Under the pieces are notes generated by a model. It saw only the letters and a list, made by a program, of their open reading frames with translations, made no database searches and was not told the origin of the DNA. The position numbers and the translations under genes are program-made. Shown here piece by piece: positions 1-7,435 of a stretch of DNA of 17,304 nt. The stretch comes from a virus, in UHGV virus genome UHGV-0160239. One strand, given 5' to 3'. Within the stretch, counting starts at the first letter, position 1. Each line of letters begins with the position of its first letter.

Positions 1-84
1 GATAACTTGACTGTCGAAGAATGTTGGTGCATTATTAATACATGAACGGAGCGGGACGGACCCGCTAGGAATGGAAGGAATTGA
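1..84 (+). repeat. Left inverted terminal repeat (origin of protein-primed replication)
   Basis: Positions 1-55 are identical to the reverse complement of 17250-17304. Identity continues to 84 with only two mismatches (56 a/g, 67 a/g). Confidence 0.97.
7..35 (+). promoter_or_regulatory. Putative sigma70/SigA-type early promoter in the left ITR
   Basis: TTGACT (7-12), a 17-bp spacer and CATTAT (30-35), followed by RBS GAAGGA (74-79) and ATG at 86. Confidence 0.7.
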
Positions 85-85
85 A

Positions 86-316
86 ATGAACCCCTTCGAG
101 ACCCTCCTCGGCAAGGGTGCTGCGAGTGCTTACGAGGCTGCGGGGCTTAGCCTGAGGACTTGGAAGATGGGCACTAAGGGAGTGCTTTCCTATGGCGCTG
201 ACGAGTACTTGGTGGTGCGTCATGGTTTGCGGAAGTGGGAGGTTCGTAAGGATGGGGAGGCTTGGTGGTTTGGTTCGCAGTGGGAGTTGTTGGCTTGGTT
301 TGGTGATCACCTGTGA
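86..316 (+). CDS. Hypothetical early protein (76 aa, Trp-rich C-terminus)
   Basis: ORF 71..316 in the track. ATG at 86 is preferred because it follows GAAGGA and mirrors the start at the right end. Confidence 0.75.
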   Translation: MNPFETLLGKGAASAYEAAGLSLRTWKMGTKGVLSYGADEYLVVRHGLRKWEVRKDGEAWWFGSQWELLAWFGDHL

Positions 317-438
317 GTTATTTGCTTAAGGGTAAGGGTCACGCAGATAAGGAACTCACTAAAGATGAATATCTCTATTTAATACAGAAATTATTTGAAT
401 ACAGATTGAATACATATTTCAAGGAACTAATTCGATGA
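313..438 (+). CDS. Small hypothetical protein, 41 aa (MSYLLKGKGHADKELTKDEYLYLIQKLFEYRLNTYFKELIR), not in ORF track
   Basis: The GTG start overlaps the previous stop (GTGA 313-316) and its TGA overlaps the next ATG (ATGA 435-438). It fills the gap exactly. Confidence 0.7.
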   Translation: MSYLLKGKGHADKELTKDEYLYLIQKLFEYRLNTYFKELIR

Positions 439-695
439 AGCGCAGGTCTCATCATGGCGATGGAGATGACTTTGTTATCCTCACCAATTGGAAGGTTTCT
501 AATTTCATAACGAACGTGCTGTTGAAAGGATATCATATTGCTTATTATAGTGATACTAGTCGGATTCATTATTGGAGGAATGGGTCGAAAGAGTATCACA
601 TAATTTCGATTGATAATATAATTTCAAGTAAGACCGGGATAGAAAATGGCATCTATCGACGAATCAACGAAGATATTCTTACAAGACTTAATTGA
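435..695 (+). CDS. Hypothetical early protein (86 aa)
   Basis: AAGGAA RBS at 421-426 and ATGA coupling to the upstream ORF. Confidence 0.7.
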   Translation: MKRRSHHGDGDDFVILTNWKVSNFITNVLLKGYHIAYYSDTSRIHYWRNGSKEYHIISIDNIISSKTGIENGIYRRINEDILTRLN

Positions 696-894
696 ATATG
701 CTTGCGAAGGTAGGGAAGTCTTAGTTAAAACTAATGATTTCTTGTTTAGCACGAGGGTTAAATCACCATTTACAACCTGGATTATGATTTACAAGAAACA
801 GCGTTTCTCATTGGTTGCGGAAATAGGCAATTTCAATATTGTTAATTCAGCAATCGCTAACTTTATTCTCAACACAGATAAGGAACATAAATGA
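646..894 (+). CDS. Hypothetical early protein (82 aa)
   Basis: Open frame within the + strand cascade. It overlaps the upstream ORF by 50 nt, so the start is uncertain. Its stop is coupled (ATGA 891-894) to the next ORF. Confidence 0.65.
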   Translation: MASIDESTKIFLQDLIEYACEGREVLVKTNDFLFSTRVKSPFTTWIMIYKKQRFSLVAEIGNFNIVNSAIANFILNTDKEHK

Positions 895-1025
895 CACAGC
901 CAATTCTTGAGCGCACGGGTGATAGCAATTGGTACATTAAGCACACTAATTTTAATGACACGCCCGAACGGGCGTCGGCTTGGGTTAAGTCGTTGAAGTG
1001 TGATAGCAATGACGAAGACGACTGA
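891..1025 (+). CDS. Small hypothetical protein, 44 aa (MTQPILERTGDSNWYIKHTNFNDTPERASAWVKSLKCDSNDEDD), not in ORF track
   Basis: TAAGGAA RBS around 878-885, ATGA overlap with the upstream stop, and it fills the gap to the next ORF. Confidence 0.7.
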   Translation: MTQPILERTGDSNWYIKHTNFNDTPERASAWVKSLKCDSNDEDD

Positions 1026-1266
1026 TACTACAACAATTAAGGTTAAACGCTTTTTACGCTCATACGGAATGAATGAGTGTTACACTCCTGGTGGCGCAAA
1101 CATTCTTTATTGTGGGAACACAGCATTTCGACTTATTAGTCCATATTGCATGGAAATCTGGAATCCACATGAAACATCTAGTGGAACAATTAACTATTAT
1201 GAGAGACTAGACGAACGAAATCTGTCACTACTTCTTCTCGGACTGGAAAGCATGGGAGTTATTTAA
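1009..1266 (+). CDS. Hypothetical early protein (about 85 aa)
   Basis: ORF 1000..1266, starting at GTG 1000 or ATG 1009. Its stop overlaps the next start (TAATG). Confidence 0.65.
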   Translation: MTKTTDTTTIKVKRFLRSYGMNECYTPGGANILYCGNTAFRLISPYCMEIWNPHETSSGTINYYERLDERNLSLLLLGLESMGVI

Positions 1267-1538
1267 TGTATTATATGCGAGAATTCGCCGAGAAACTCAA
1301 TCTTGTAGATCAACTGCCTGGATATCGCATCAGCGTCCACTGTGATCGAATTCTGATTGACGGTCTCGATTTTCGCCTTGACCTGTATGGCTGGCCCGAT
1401 AACCGAGTGGTGTTCTCGAATAAGATGACTGGAATGAATACGATTAAGCGTTACGGTCACGCTGGTGGTGAGCGGTGTCGTGAGACGTATCTTGATTTTC
1501 TTGAGTCTCTAGGAGTGGATACGGAAGCGGTTAGGTGA
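1266..1538 (+). CDS. Hypothetical early protein (90 aa), last gene of the left operon
   Basis: GGAG RBS, TAATG coupling, and it ends immediately before the terminator hairpin. Confidence 0.8.
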   Translation: MYYMREFAEKLNLVDQLPGYRISVHCDRILIDGLDFRLDLYGWPDNRVVFSNKMTGMNTIKRYGHAGGERCRETYLDFLESLGVDTEAVR

Positions 1539-1542
1539 ATAT

Positions 1543-1584
1543 AGTTATCCCCCGGAAGTGGTTGGTTCCTTCCGGGGGATAACT
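1543..1584. terminator. Bidirectional terminator between the convergent operons
   Basis: Perfect 16-bp inverted repeat agttatcccccggaag / cttccgggggataact with a 10-nt loop, lying between the stops at 1538 (+) and 1587 (-). Confidence 0.85.
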
Positions 1585-1586
1585 GT

Positions 1587-2405
1587 TTATGGGCGCTCTG
1601 CGGTGCGCGCGAGGCGCTCCCAGGCAGCCCAGGTCTCGGGGCCCCATATGCCGTCGATGGTGACGCCTAGGGCGCCCTGTAGGGACTCGATGACGCGATC
1701 GTGGGCGGCTTCGCTGGCGTCGCCCCAGATTCCGTCTGGTGTGGTTCCTACGACTTGCTGTGTGTAGGTGACGCCCCAGGGGAACTCGCGTCCGCCCCAG
1801 TTGCTGGCCTTGATTACGGCGCACATTCGTTTCTCGGTGTCTACTCCGAGGATGTTGTCCTGTACGGCGCCGAGAATTCGCTGAATCTCTACGATATTGC
1901 CGCCACTGGAAATTGCGGAGTTGTCGTCGATTACGCGAATGCCGTAGCGGGCATCGTCCATGTTGCGCTCGCGGCGTGCGACTACGCCTCCGTTGTCCTG
2001 TGGCCCACCAATGCCCCACGTGGTGTTTCCGTCAATGCTGTAGAACACGCCTGCGGAGTTTGGGGGCTGGTCAACGATTCCGATGTGCTGTGCGATTCCG
2101 GAGCCGTCGAAGTCGAAGGTGATGAGGTCGCCGGGGCGTACATCCCATTTGTCGATTAGTACGCCACGAGCTCGTGCCTGGGCCTCACGGGAGGGGACGT
2201 AGGCGCTCACCCAGTTGATCCCTACCTTGGACAGGATGTAGGAGACGAACATGTCGCAGTAGGGGACGCCGGAGGCACCGAAACTGGGTGAGCCGGTGAC
2301 CTGTGCATACCAGCGACCGTACTTGGTTCCCGCTTCGTCGTCGGCCCATCGGGAGTACCCGATCTCCGCCTTGGCGGCGGCGATGATGTCTGCGCGAGTT
2401 GCCAC
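1587..2405 (-). CDS. Endolysin: N-terminal CHAP domain plus C-terminal peptidoglycan-binding repeats
   Basis: IAAAKAEIGY...PYCDMFV (catalytic Cys), PGDLITFDF...QHIGIV (His) and IDGNT. Three C-terminal DxIxGxxT/S repeats (DNILGVDT, DGIWGDAS, DGIWGPET). GTG start with AAGGAG RBS, downstream of the holin-like genes. Confidence 0.9.
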   Translation of the reverse strand: MATRADIIAAAKAEIGYSRWADDEAGTKYGRWYAQVTGSPSFGASGVPYCDMFVSYILSKVGINWVSAYVPSREAQARARGVLIDKWDVRPGDLITFDFDGSGIAQHIGIVDQPPNSAGVFYSIDGNTTWGIGGPQDNGGVVARRERNMDDARYGIRVIDDNSAISSGGNIVEIQRILGAVQDNILGVDTEKRMCAVIKASNWGGREFPWGVTYTQQVVGTTPDGIWGDASEAAHDRVIESLQGALGVTIDGIWGPETWAAWERLARTAERP

Positions 2406-2407
2406 TA

Positions 2408-2602
2408 TTACTCCTTACTGGGGACGTTCTTGCTGGCAACGCCGAAGAACGCGGCAAATAGGAAGTTGAGTGCGGCAATCTTGTCGCCATCAAAGACTCC
2501 CCAGACTCCAAGGCAAACGAGAATGCCGGCGCTAACAACATAGAGCCAAAGTCGGTATGCGTCAGGAATGAAGGGGGGCTTGGGGGACTCGTGCTCACCC
2601 AT
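2408..2602 (-). CDS. Putative holin (64 aa, two TM segments)
   Basis: Hydrophobic LWLYVVSAGILVCLGVWGVF and IAALNFLFAAFFGVA segments, directly upstream of the endolysin, with AAGGAG RBS. Confidence 0.8.
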   Translation of the reverse strand: MGEHESPKPPFIPDAYRLWLYVVSAGILVCLGVWGVFDGDKIAALNFLFAAFFGVASKNVPSKE

Positions 2603-2900
2603 TGTTTCTCTCCTTGAGGTAGGTGATGATTTCTTTGAGTTGGCGGTTTTGCGCGTCTACGCTTGACCCACCGTGGTTCGGCTTGACATGGTATTGGACG
2701 TCATTGAGTTTGTCCTCTATGTCGTCTAGCCGGTCTAGGACGCCGGGCTTTCCATCAGTTCCGTCCCAGGCGTTGAGCATGGATGATAGGTGATCCATGA
2801 ATCGGCTGGCACGGTAGACGAATCGCCCTGCGATTGTGATTAGTGATATGACGCCGAGAATTAGGGCAACGTCAATTGTTGTGGGGTTTACGTGTATCAT
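2595..2900 (-). CDS. Putative second holin or lysis-associated membrane protein (101 aa, N-terminal TM plus coiled coil)
   Basis: IDVALILGVISLITIAG TM segment and LDRLDDIEDKLNDV coiled coil. ATGA-coupled to the ATPase gene and located in the lysis cassette. Confidence 0.7.
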   Translation of the reverse strand: MIHVNPTTIDVALILGVISLITIAGRFVYRASRFMDHLSSMLNAWDGTDGKPGVLDRLDDIEDKLNDVQYHVKPNHGGSSVDAQNRQLKEIITYLKERNNG

Positions 2901-3892
2901 CGAACAAAAATTTCAGCGAACATGTTTCTGGTCTCTGGTGAGTCGGAGAAAAGCCGCCCTTTTCGATATGTGCTTCTCATAATGCTGAGTACTTTGTCAC
3001 CATACATGAGCAACCTCTCCCCCTCACGCAGGTCAGAGACCTTATAGGCCCATCTTACACGCTCCCCTCGCGGTTGGCGACGCTGGGCGAACCATGTGCC
3101 GCCGTCGATCCATATGGAGACCTCACCGTCGGGGCATCGCAGCGAGAATGCGTATTTGGCTTTTCCGGTTTTCCGCATTACAAAGTCGTCATAGTTGTCT
3201 GCGAATTTGTTGGAGATGGAGTAGTCGGCATAGTCCTCAGCATAGTTCGTGATGAATGAGCCGAATCGAGTGTGCGCAACTTCGGATTGGAATTGTTCGC
3301 TGTTGACAAAGTCGGTGACGATGAATCCCTCTGCGTGACGGCTGATTCCTTCCTTAGGCTCAATGTGAAAGCGAATGAAGTAGGGGTTCATGATGCTTAC
3401 CGCGTTGGAAAGCATAAGGCAGCGAACTCTGTCCTGATACCGGTCAACGGTGGAATAAAAGTCCATGAATACTTTCGCTTCATCGGGAAGGTAGCGCAGT
3501 GACCCCTTGTCGATAATGAATTCATCAAAGATGATCGTGTAGACGTTTGGGTAAGCGATTGACTTGTTTGCCTGCGCAGTGGAAAGTGGAATGAAGTACC
3601 CAATGGTCTCCCATTTCTTCCCCACCTTACGCTGAGCGAACTGTCCTTCTACACGGAATTCCTCGTCAGGGAATTCGTGCTGAATGTCGGCAAAGAAACT
3701 GTTGCGTCCTTTGAGTTCTGTCTTGTAGCGGCGAAGGTAAATGAACTGCTGGCCCTTGTTGATAGCGTTCTTGATAACAATCTTCTTAGCGCCGTAGGTC
3801 TTTCCGAGACCGCGGGCACCCATGACCATATTAAAGACGCCCGCATATGAGAGCACCTTGGAGAAACTATAATAGGAAAATTTTTTCTTCAT
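2897..3892 (-). CDS. DNA packaging (encapsidation) ATPase, phi29 gp16 family
   Basis: Walker A GARGLGKT, YLRRYKTEL, Walker B IIFDEFI, and LSNAVSIMNPYF. The start at ATG 3892 (MKKKF) overlaps the upstream stop (TGATG). Confidence 0.93.
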   Translation of the reverse strand: MKKKFSYYSFSKVLSYAGVFNMVMGARGLGKTYGAKKIVIKNAINKGQQFIYLRRYKTELKGRNSFFADIQHEFPDEEFRVEGQFAQRKVGKKWETIGYFIPLSTAQANKSIAYPNVYTIIFDEFIIDKGSLRYLPDEAKVFMDFYSTVDRYQDRVRCLMLSNAVSIMNPYFIRFHIEPKEGISRHAEGFIVTDFVNSEQFQSEVAHTRFGSFITNYAEDYADYSISNKFADNYDDFVMRKTGKAKYAFSLRCPDGEVSIWIDGGTWFAQRRQPRGERVRWAYKVSDLREGERLLMYGDKVLSIMRSTYRKGRLFSDSPETRNMFAEIFVR

Positions 3893-5184
3893 CAGTGTCG
3901 CCTTACCGTCCACCAGCGCGTTGCGCTTAGAATGTCTATAGATTTCTTAACGGGGCCATAATACGGGTTGCCTCCGTGCCCAACAGTGGTGTTCTGGTCA
4001 ACAACCATTTCCACGTGATCCGTTTCAGGGTAGACACTGCCCGTGGAGCGCCACGCCATAACAATCATATCCCCCGGCCGTAGGAGGGCCTTCTGGGCGG
4101 CCGTCATGGCCCCCGAGCCGCGCTCAATAACCGCCTGTCCACGGAAGTACTGGTCTCCTGTCCAGGTGCCTACGAACGTGCCTGAGGTGGCCTTGTAGGC
4201 CGCATACATGAGGCCACTACAGTCAGTGATCCCTGAGTGGTCAGGGTCCTGTCTGCCGGGGCACTGGCAGTAGGCGAACTTGCCCAACCTGGCCAGAATC
4301 CACGCGAGGGCCTTAGCACCGTTGGAGCCGTCGGATGGAACTCCCCCTCCTCCCCCTCCTGGGGTAGTGGCGCCCGATTGTCCGTTAACAACATTCTGGA
4401 CAATTTCTCCAATATTTGCTTCCCAAAGATTGTGACCTCGGGAGTATAGTCGGTGAACTCCGAACTGCGATCGCATTGTCAGAATGTTTGAGTCGTCAGT
4501 TGTGATGATAACTTTGCCACCATCAACAGATACCTGCTGACTATTCTGGCCAACACTACCACCATTGCCGGGAGTGCTTACACCAGCGACTCCAACGTCT
4601 ACTCCGCTGGTGTCTTTGTTGGCGATAATGTTTTTAGCCCCGTTGTAGCGATTATAGTACTGGCCTAGAACACCATTAGACATAATTGCGTTGTACATCG
4701 CATTAAGTCCACCACCAGAATAGTTATTAGCAGCCTGTAGCGCGTATCGAGGTCCTTGGTGATAGGCAACACACCAGAGAATAAACGCATCAGTGTCCGT
4801 CTCAGGGTTAATTCCGTATTGCTTAGCAACACTGAAATACGACTCAAGGTCCTTAACGATTTGATCGCCCTGAATATCCTTGGACGCAAGCAACAGATCA
4901 CGGAGACTGTCCCCAGCCTGCCGACTCAGGTAGTACGTGTTCCACGAGCTCGAGCCCTCCGAGACCGTCTCCAAGCGACTGCGCAGTCCGGCGTCCACGC
5001 GAGCGTACTCAGCGCTATGGGCGGCGCGCATGCGGTTCAGGATGGCCGCAGCGCGCGTTCCGTACCATTGCGCCATCCCCACGGTGATTGGGTCGTTGTA
5101 GTTGATCGCGGCGTAGTTCAGCGACGACTCAACCTGACCAATCGCCTTAACAGCCACTTTCTTGGCTGTTGAGTCCCAAGCCAT
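3892..5184 (-). CDS. Tail-associated cell-wall hydrolase (gp13 analogue): lysozyme-like N-domain plus C-terminal NlpC/P60 peptidase
   Basis: The N-terminal QVES...ITVGMAQW resembles phage tail lysozymes. A Gly-rich linker precedes DCSGL...LRPGDMI...DHVEMV, the NlpC/P60 Cys/His pattern. AGGAGG RBS. Confidence 0.82.
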   Translation of the reverse strand: MAWDSTAKKVAVKAIGQVESSLNYAAINYNDPITVGMAQWYGTRAAAILNRMRAAHSAEYARVDAGLRSRLETVSEGSSSWNTYYLSRQAGDSLRDLLLASKDIQGDQIVKDLESYFSVAKQYGINPETDTDAFILWCVAYHQGPRYALQAANNYSGGGLNAMYNAIMSNGVLGQYYNRYNGAKNIIANKDTSGVDVGVAGVSTPGNGGSVGQNSQQVSVDGGKVIITTDDSNILTMRSQFGVHRLYSRGHNLWEANIGEIVQNVVNGQSGATTPGGGGGGVPSDGSNGAKALAWILARLGKFAYCQCPGRQDPDHSGITDCSGLMYAAYKATSGTFVGTWTGDQYFRGQAVIERGSGAMTAAQKALLRPGDMIVMAWRSTGSVYPETDHVEMVVDQNTTVGHGGNPYYGPVKKSIDILSATRWWTVRRH

Positions 5185-5199
5185 ATTTCCTCCTAAGCA

Positions 5200-5235
5200 G
5201 TAGTCCCTCCCTGGATTATACCAGGGAGGGACTAC
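5200..5235 (-). terminator. Intergenic 15-bp hairpin (terminator, processing or stabilising stem)
   Basis: gtagtccctccctgg-attata-ccagggagggactac is a perfect inverted repeat between the tail appendage and tail lysin genes. There is no clear U-tract. Confidence 0.6.
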
Positions 5236-5238
5236 GCT

Positions 5239-6726
5239 TTAGAATACGGGATAGGTCCCGTTGAATCCTAGTGTCTTGTCGGAACTGACGTTGGTGCTAA
5301 CAATCAGGTTTCCAGAGACGTCGACGATGAGCGGAAATGCTGTGATGGCGTCCCATGAGGGAATGTACATGTTCCTGTACGGCCTTGCCCACGCGGGTAG
5401 TTTGAACAGTGTTGTGTATTGAGATGCGGAGACCATGGAAAAGATTCCGTGCACAGTAACCATGTCCCCTTTTCGGGCAACATATGCTTGCAAATTGTTG
5501 TCATTCTTGACTACAGCATAATTAGTCCCATCCTTAAGGTTATGCCACCCGAAATCAATCCATCCACTTCCACCTTCAAGCCAGTTATCAAACTGCCTTT
5601 GAGCGAATTCGTAGCCAGCCTGCGCGAAGTGGACACCGGCCTCTGTAGGGAAGTACCTGGCATTCTGCCCATTATGGAACCAAGACCTAGACCCCTCACA
5701 AACTAGACCGCCGTACGGCTCAAGGACTTCCTTGATTGTATTGGTTGCTCGGGCACAGTTCATAGCCATGTCCCAGTTGTTGTTCAACGAATGCTCATTG
5801 TAGAGAACAGGAATAACGTAAATCTTCGCGTTCGGAAAACTACGAACACACTTCTGGACAAACGTCTGGGCGGAAGACCGAATGTCGTTCTGTCCACGAA
5901 TGTCATTAAGCATATCAATAACATAGATCTGCCCAGTAAGGCGCTGAGTGTTTGCGTCAAGCCCAGAAATTGCGCGATCAATCTGTGTATTGAAGTTGTT
6001 ATCGGACGTGCTTGTAAATCCGCCACCCGAATATCCATAGTTGTGGGGAATCTCTCCCTTAGCAGTCAACCATCGCTCCCACACACCATTAGGCCATCCA
6101 CGAGGCTCTGCGTTGGAGGAACCGATGATAATTGAGTGTGGATACAGAACGCGATGAACAGGATCGTATCGCTTATCGCTTGCAGTCTTGTTGTAAAAAT
6201 CATTGTCAACACTTTGTTTAAGTGTGGCAATACGAGAATTGACATCACCACTAAGGGTTGTAGCGGCGGACTTAATTTCAATTATCTGTGAATCAACATT
6301 GTCCTGCCACTTCTTCGAAGGAACCTTTAACCTTGCACCACCAATTGTGGGAGCGGAGACAGTGTTTCCATTGTCGTCACCAATAAATGCTGCGGTAACA
6401 ATTTTGTTCTGAAAATCGTTCATCTTAGACTCAATGGCGACACGACGCTCTTCCGCTTGAGCGTCCCATTTGGCGTGAGTCTTCTCCATCTCAGTAATGA
6501 AGTTGTTTACAACTTCATTGATCCGCTTGATAATCTTATCTTGTTCCTCACCGAACGTGTTGGTGAATGCAATTACATCAAGTACGCTTGCTCGAATTCG
6601 CTCAAGTACATCAATGTAGGTAAGCCCGTCACTGTAAGTAAACGGGGTCACGTTGTTGATCGAGCGTGAATTAACGCGCCACATAGCCCGATCAATGTTG
6701 TCAATAATTTCATCACCAGTAGCCAT
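5239..6726 (-). CDS. Tail appendage / receptor-binding protein with SGNH-hydrolase-like domain (495 aa)
   Basis: Start MATGDE at 6726 with GGAGGA RBS. N-terminal coiled coil, then IIIGSSNA / GYSGGG / MLNDI / AGVHF matching SGNH blocks I, II, III and V. The C-terminal ARKGDMVTVHG...FKLPAWARP is typical of phage fibre tip domains. It occupies the gp12 position. Confidence 0.75.
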   Translation of the reverse strand: MATGDEIIDNIDRAMWRVNSRSINNVTPFTYSDGLTYIDVLERIRASVLDVIAFTNTFGEEQDKIIKRINEVVNNFITEMEKTHAKWDAQAEERRVAIESKMNDFQNKIVTAAFIGDDNGNTVSAPTIGGARLKVPSKKWQDNVDSQIIEIKSAATTLSGDVNSRIATLKQSVDNDFYNKTASDKRYDPVHRVLYPHSIIIGSSNAEPRGWPNGVWERWLTAKGEIPHNYGYSGGGFTSTSDNNFNTQIDRAISGLDANTQRLTGQIYVIDMLNDIRGQNDIRSSAQTFVQKCVRSFPNAKIYVIPVLYNEHSLNNNWDMAMNCARATNTIKEVLEPYGGLVCEGSRSWFHNGQNARYFPTEAGVHFAQAGYEFAQRQFDNWLEGGSGWIDFGWHNLKDGTNYAVVKNDNNLQAYVARKGDMVTVHGIFSMVSASQYTTLFKLPAWARPYRNMYIPSWDAITAFPLIVDVSGNLIVSTNVSSDKTLGFNGTYPVF

Positions 6727-7435
6727 AGTATCCTCCAATACCATATCCAATAAGACCGCTCCCGATAAGACCACCAGGAGTTTTAGTTGAGTCGCCGTCC
6801 CAGATTCCCATAAACAGATCACTTAGTTCGTGGATAACTAGATCGTCCACATTAAGCAGAGTGCTGCGATACTCAGCAATAGCCCGCGCCTTGCTCCCCG
6901 AATAACCCCAGGACTCAGAGTTCTGGTTGTTGCTGTAGTTTGAGGAGGATGACGACGTGCTGTCAGACTCGCTACGGGAAGTAGAACTGCCACCAGTACT
7001 GGCGTCGCTAATACTCGTAGCATAGTCTCCATCGCCCGCAAGGCGTGTCTGAGGAGTATCTGAACCGACTGTGCGTCCCTTAGACTCGTTGGTCCCGCTA
7101 CCGCTCCCCGTTTGGTGGTTGATCCCAGAATTCTGGGACTTACCGTCCTGGCCAGTTCTAGAGTAGTGCCTGTTCCCTTCAAGGGGGTCAGTGTTTTGCA
7201 GTTCTGCGAGATACATTCGATTATATCGGGGCATAATCAAATCCATTTTAAGTGAGAGACGCCAGATAAATATGTCGATTGTTTCGTGCGCAATTTCCTG
7301 TAGCCAGTATTCACGCTTAATTCGATCATTCAGTGTCTTGCGATAACTCTCATCAAAGATGGGATAGTTGTCCAACCCAATGTGATCGTTTGTTAACTTA
7401 ACAACGTCACGCAACATTATTGTCGTTACCGACAT
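6713..7435 (-). CDS. Lower collar protein (phi29 gp11-like)
   Basis: YPIFDESYRKTLNDRIKREYWLQEIAHET...IMPRYNRMY N-domain, a Ser/Gly/Thr-rich beta-tube region, and a C-terminal ELSDLFMGIW. It follows the connector. Start at 7435 after GGAGGG. Confidence 0.85.
   Translation of the reverse strand: MSVTTIMLRDVVKLTNDHIGLDNYPIFDESYRKTLNDRIKREYWLQEIAHETIDIFIWRLSLKMDLIMPRYNRMYLAELQNTDPLEGNRHYSRTGQDGKSQNSGINHQTGSGSGTNESKGRTVGSDTPQTRLAGDGDYATSISDASTGGSSTSRSESDSTSSSSSNYSNNQNSESWGYSGSKARAIAEYRSTLLNVDDLVIHELSDLFMGIWDGDSTKTPGGLIGSGLIGYGIGGYYGYW

Noticed and set aside
960..975. Short GC palindrome acgcccg-aa-cgggcgt in the AT-rich early region
   Set aside because: It lies within a coding frame, has only a 6-7 bp stem, and has no U-tract or second copy.
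1543..1584. The terminator arms contain the terminal heptamer GATAACT in inverted orientation, suggesting an internal origin-like site
   Set aside because: The same 7-mer occurs at several other places (near 4507, 5583, 6833, 7342, 12002), so it is compatible with chance.
6900..7160. Ser/Gly/Thr-rich low-complexity stretch that might be a repeat or insertion
   Set aside because: This is the expected beta-tube region of gp11-type lower collar proteins, with no DNA-level tandem repeat.
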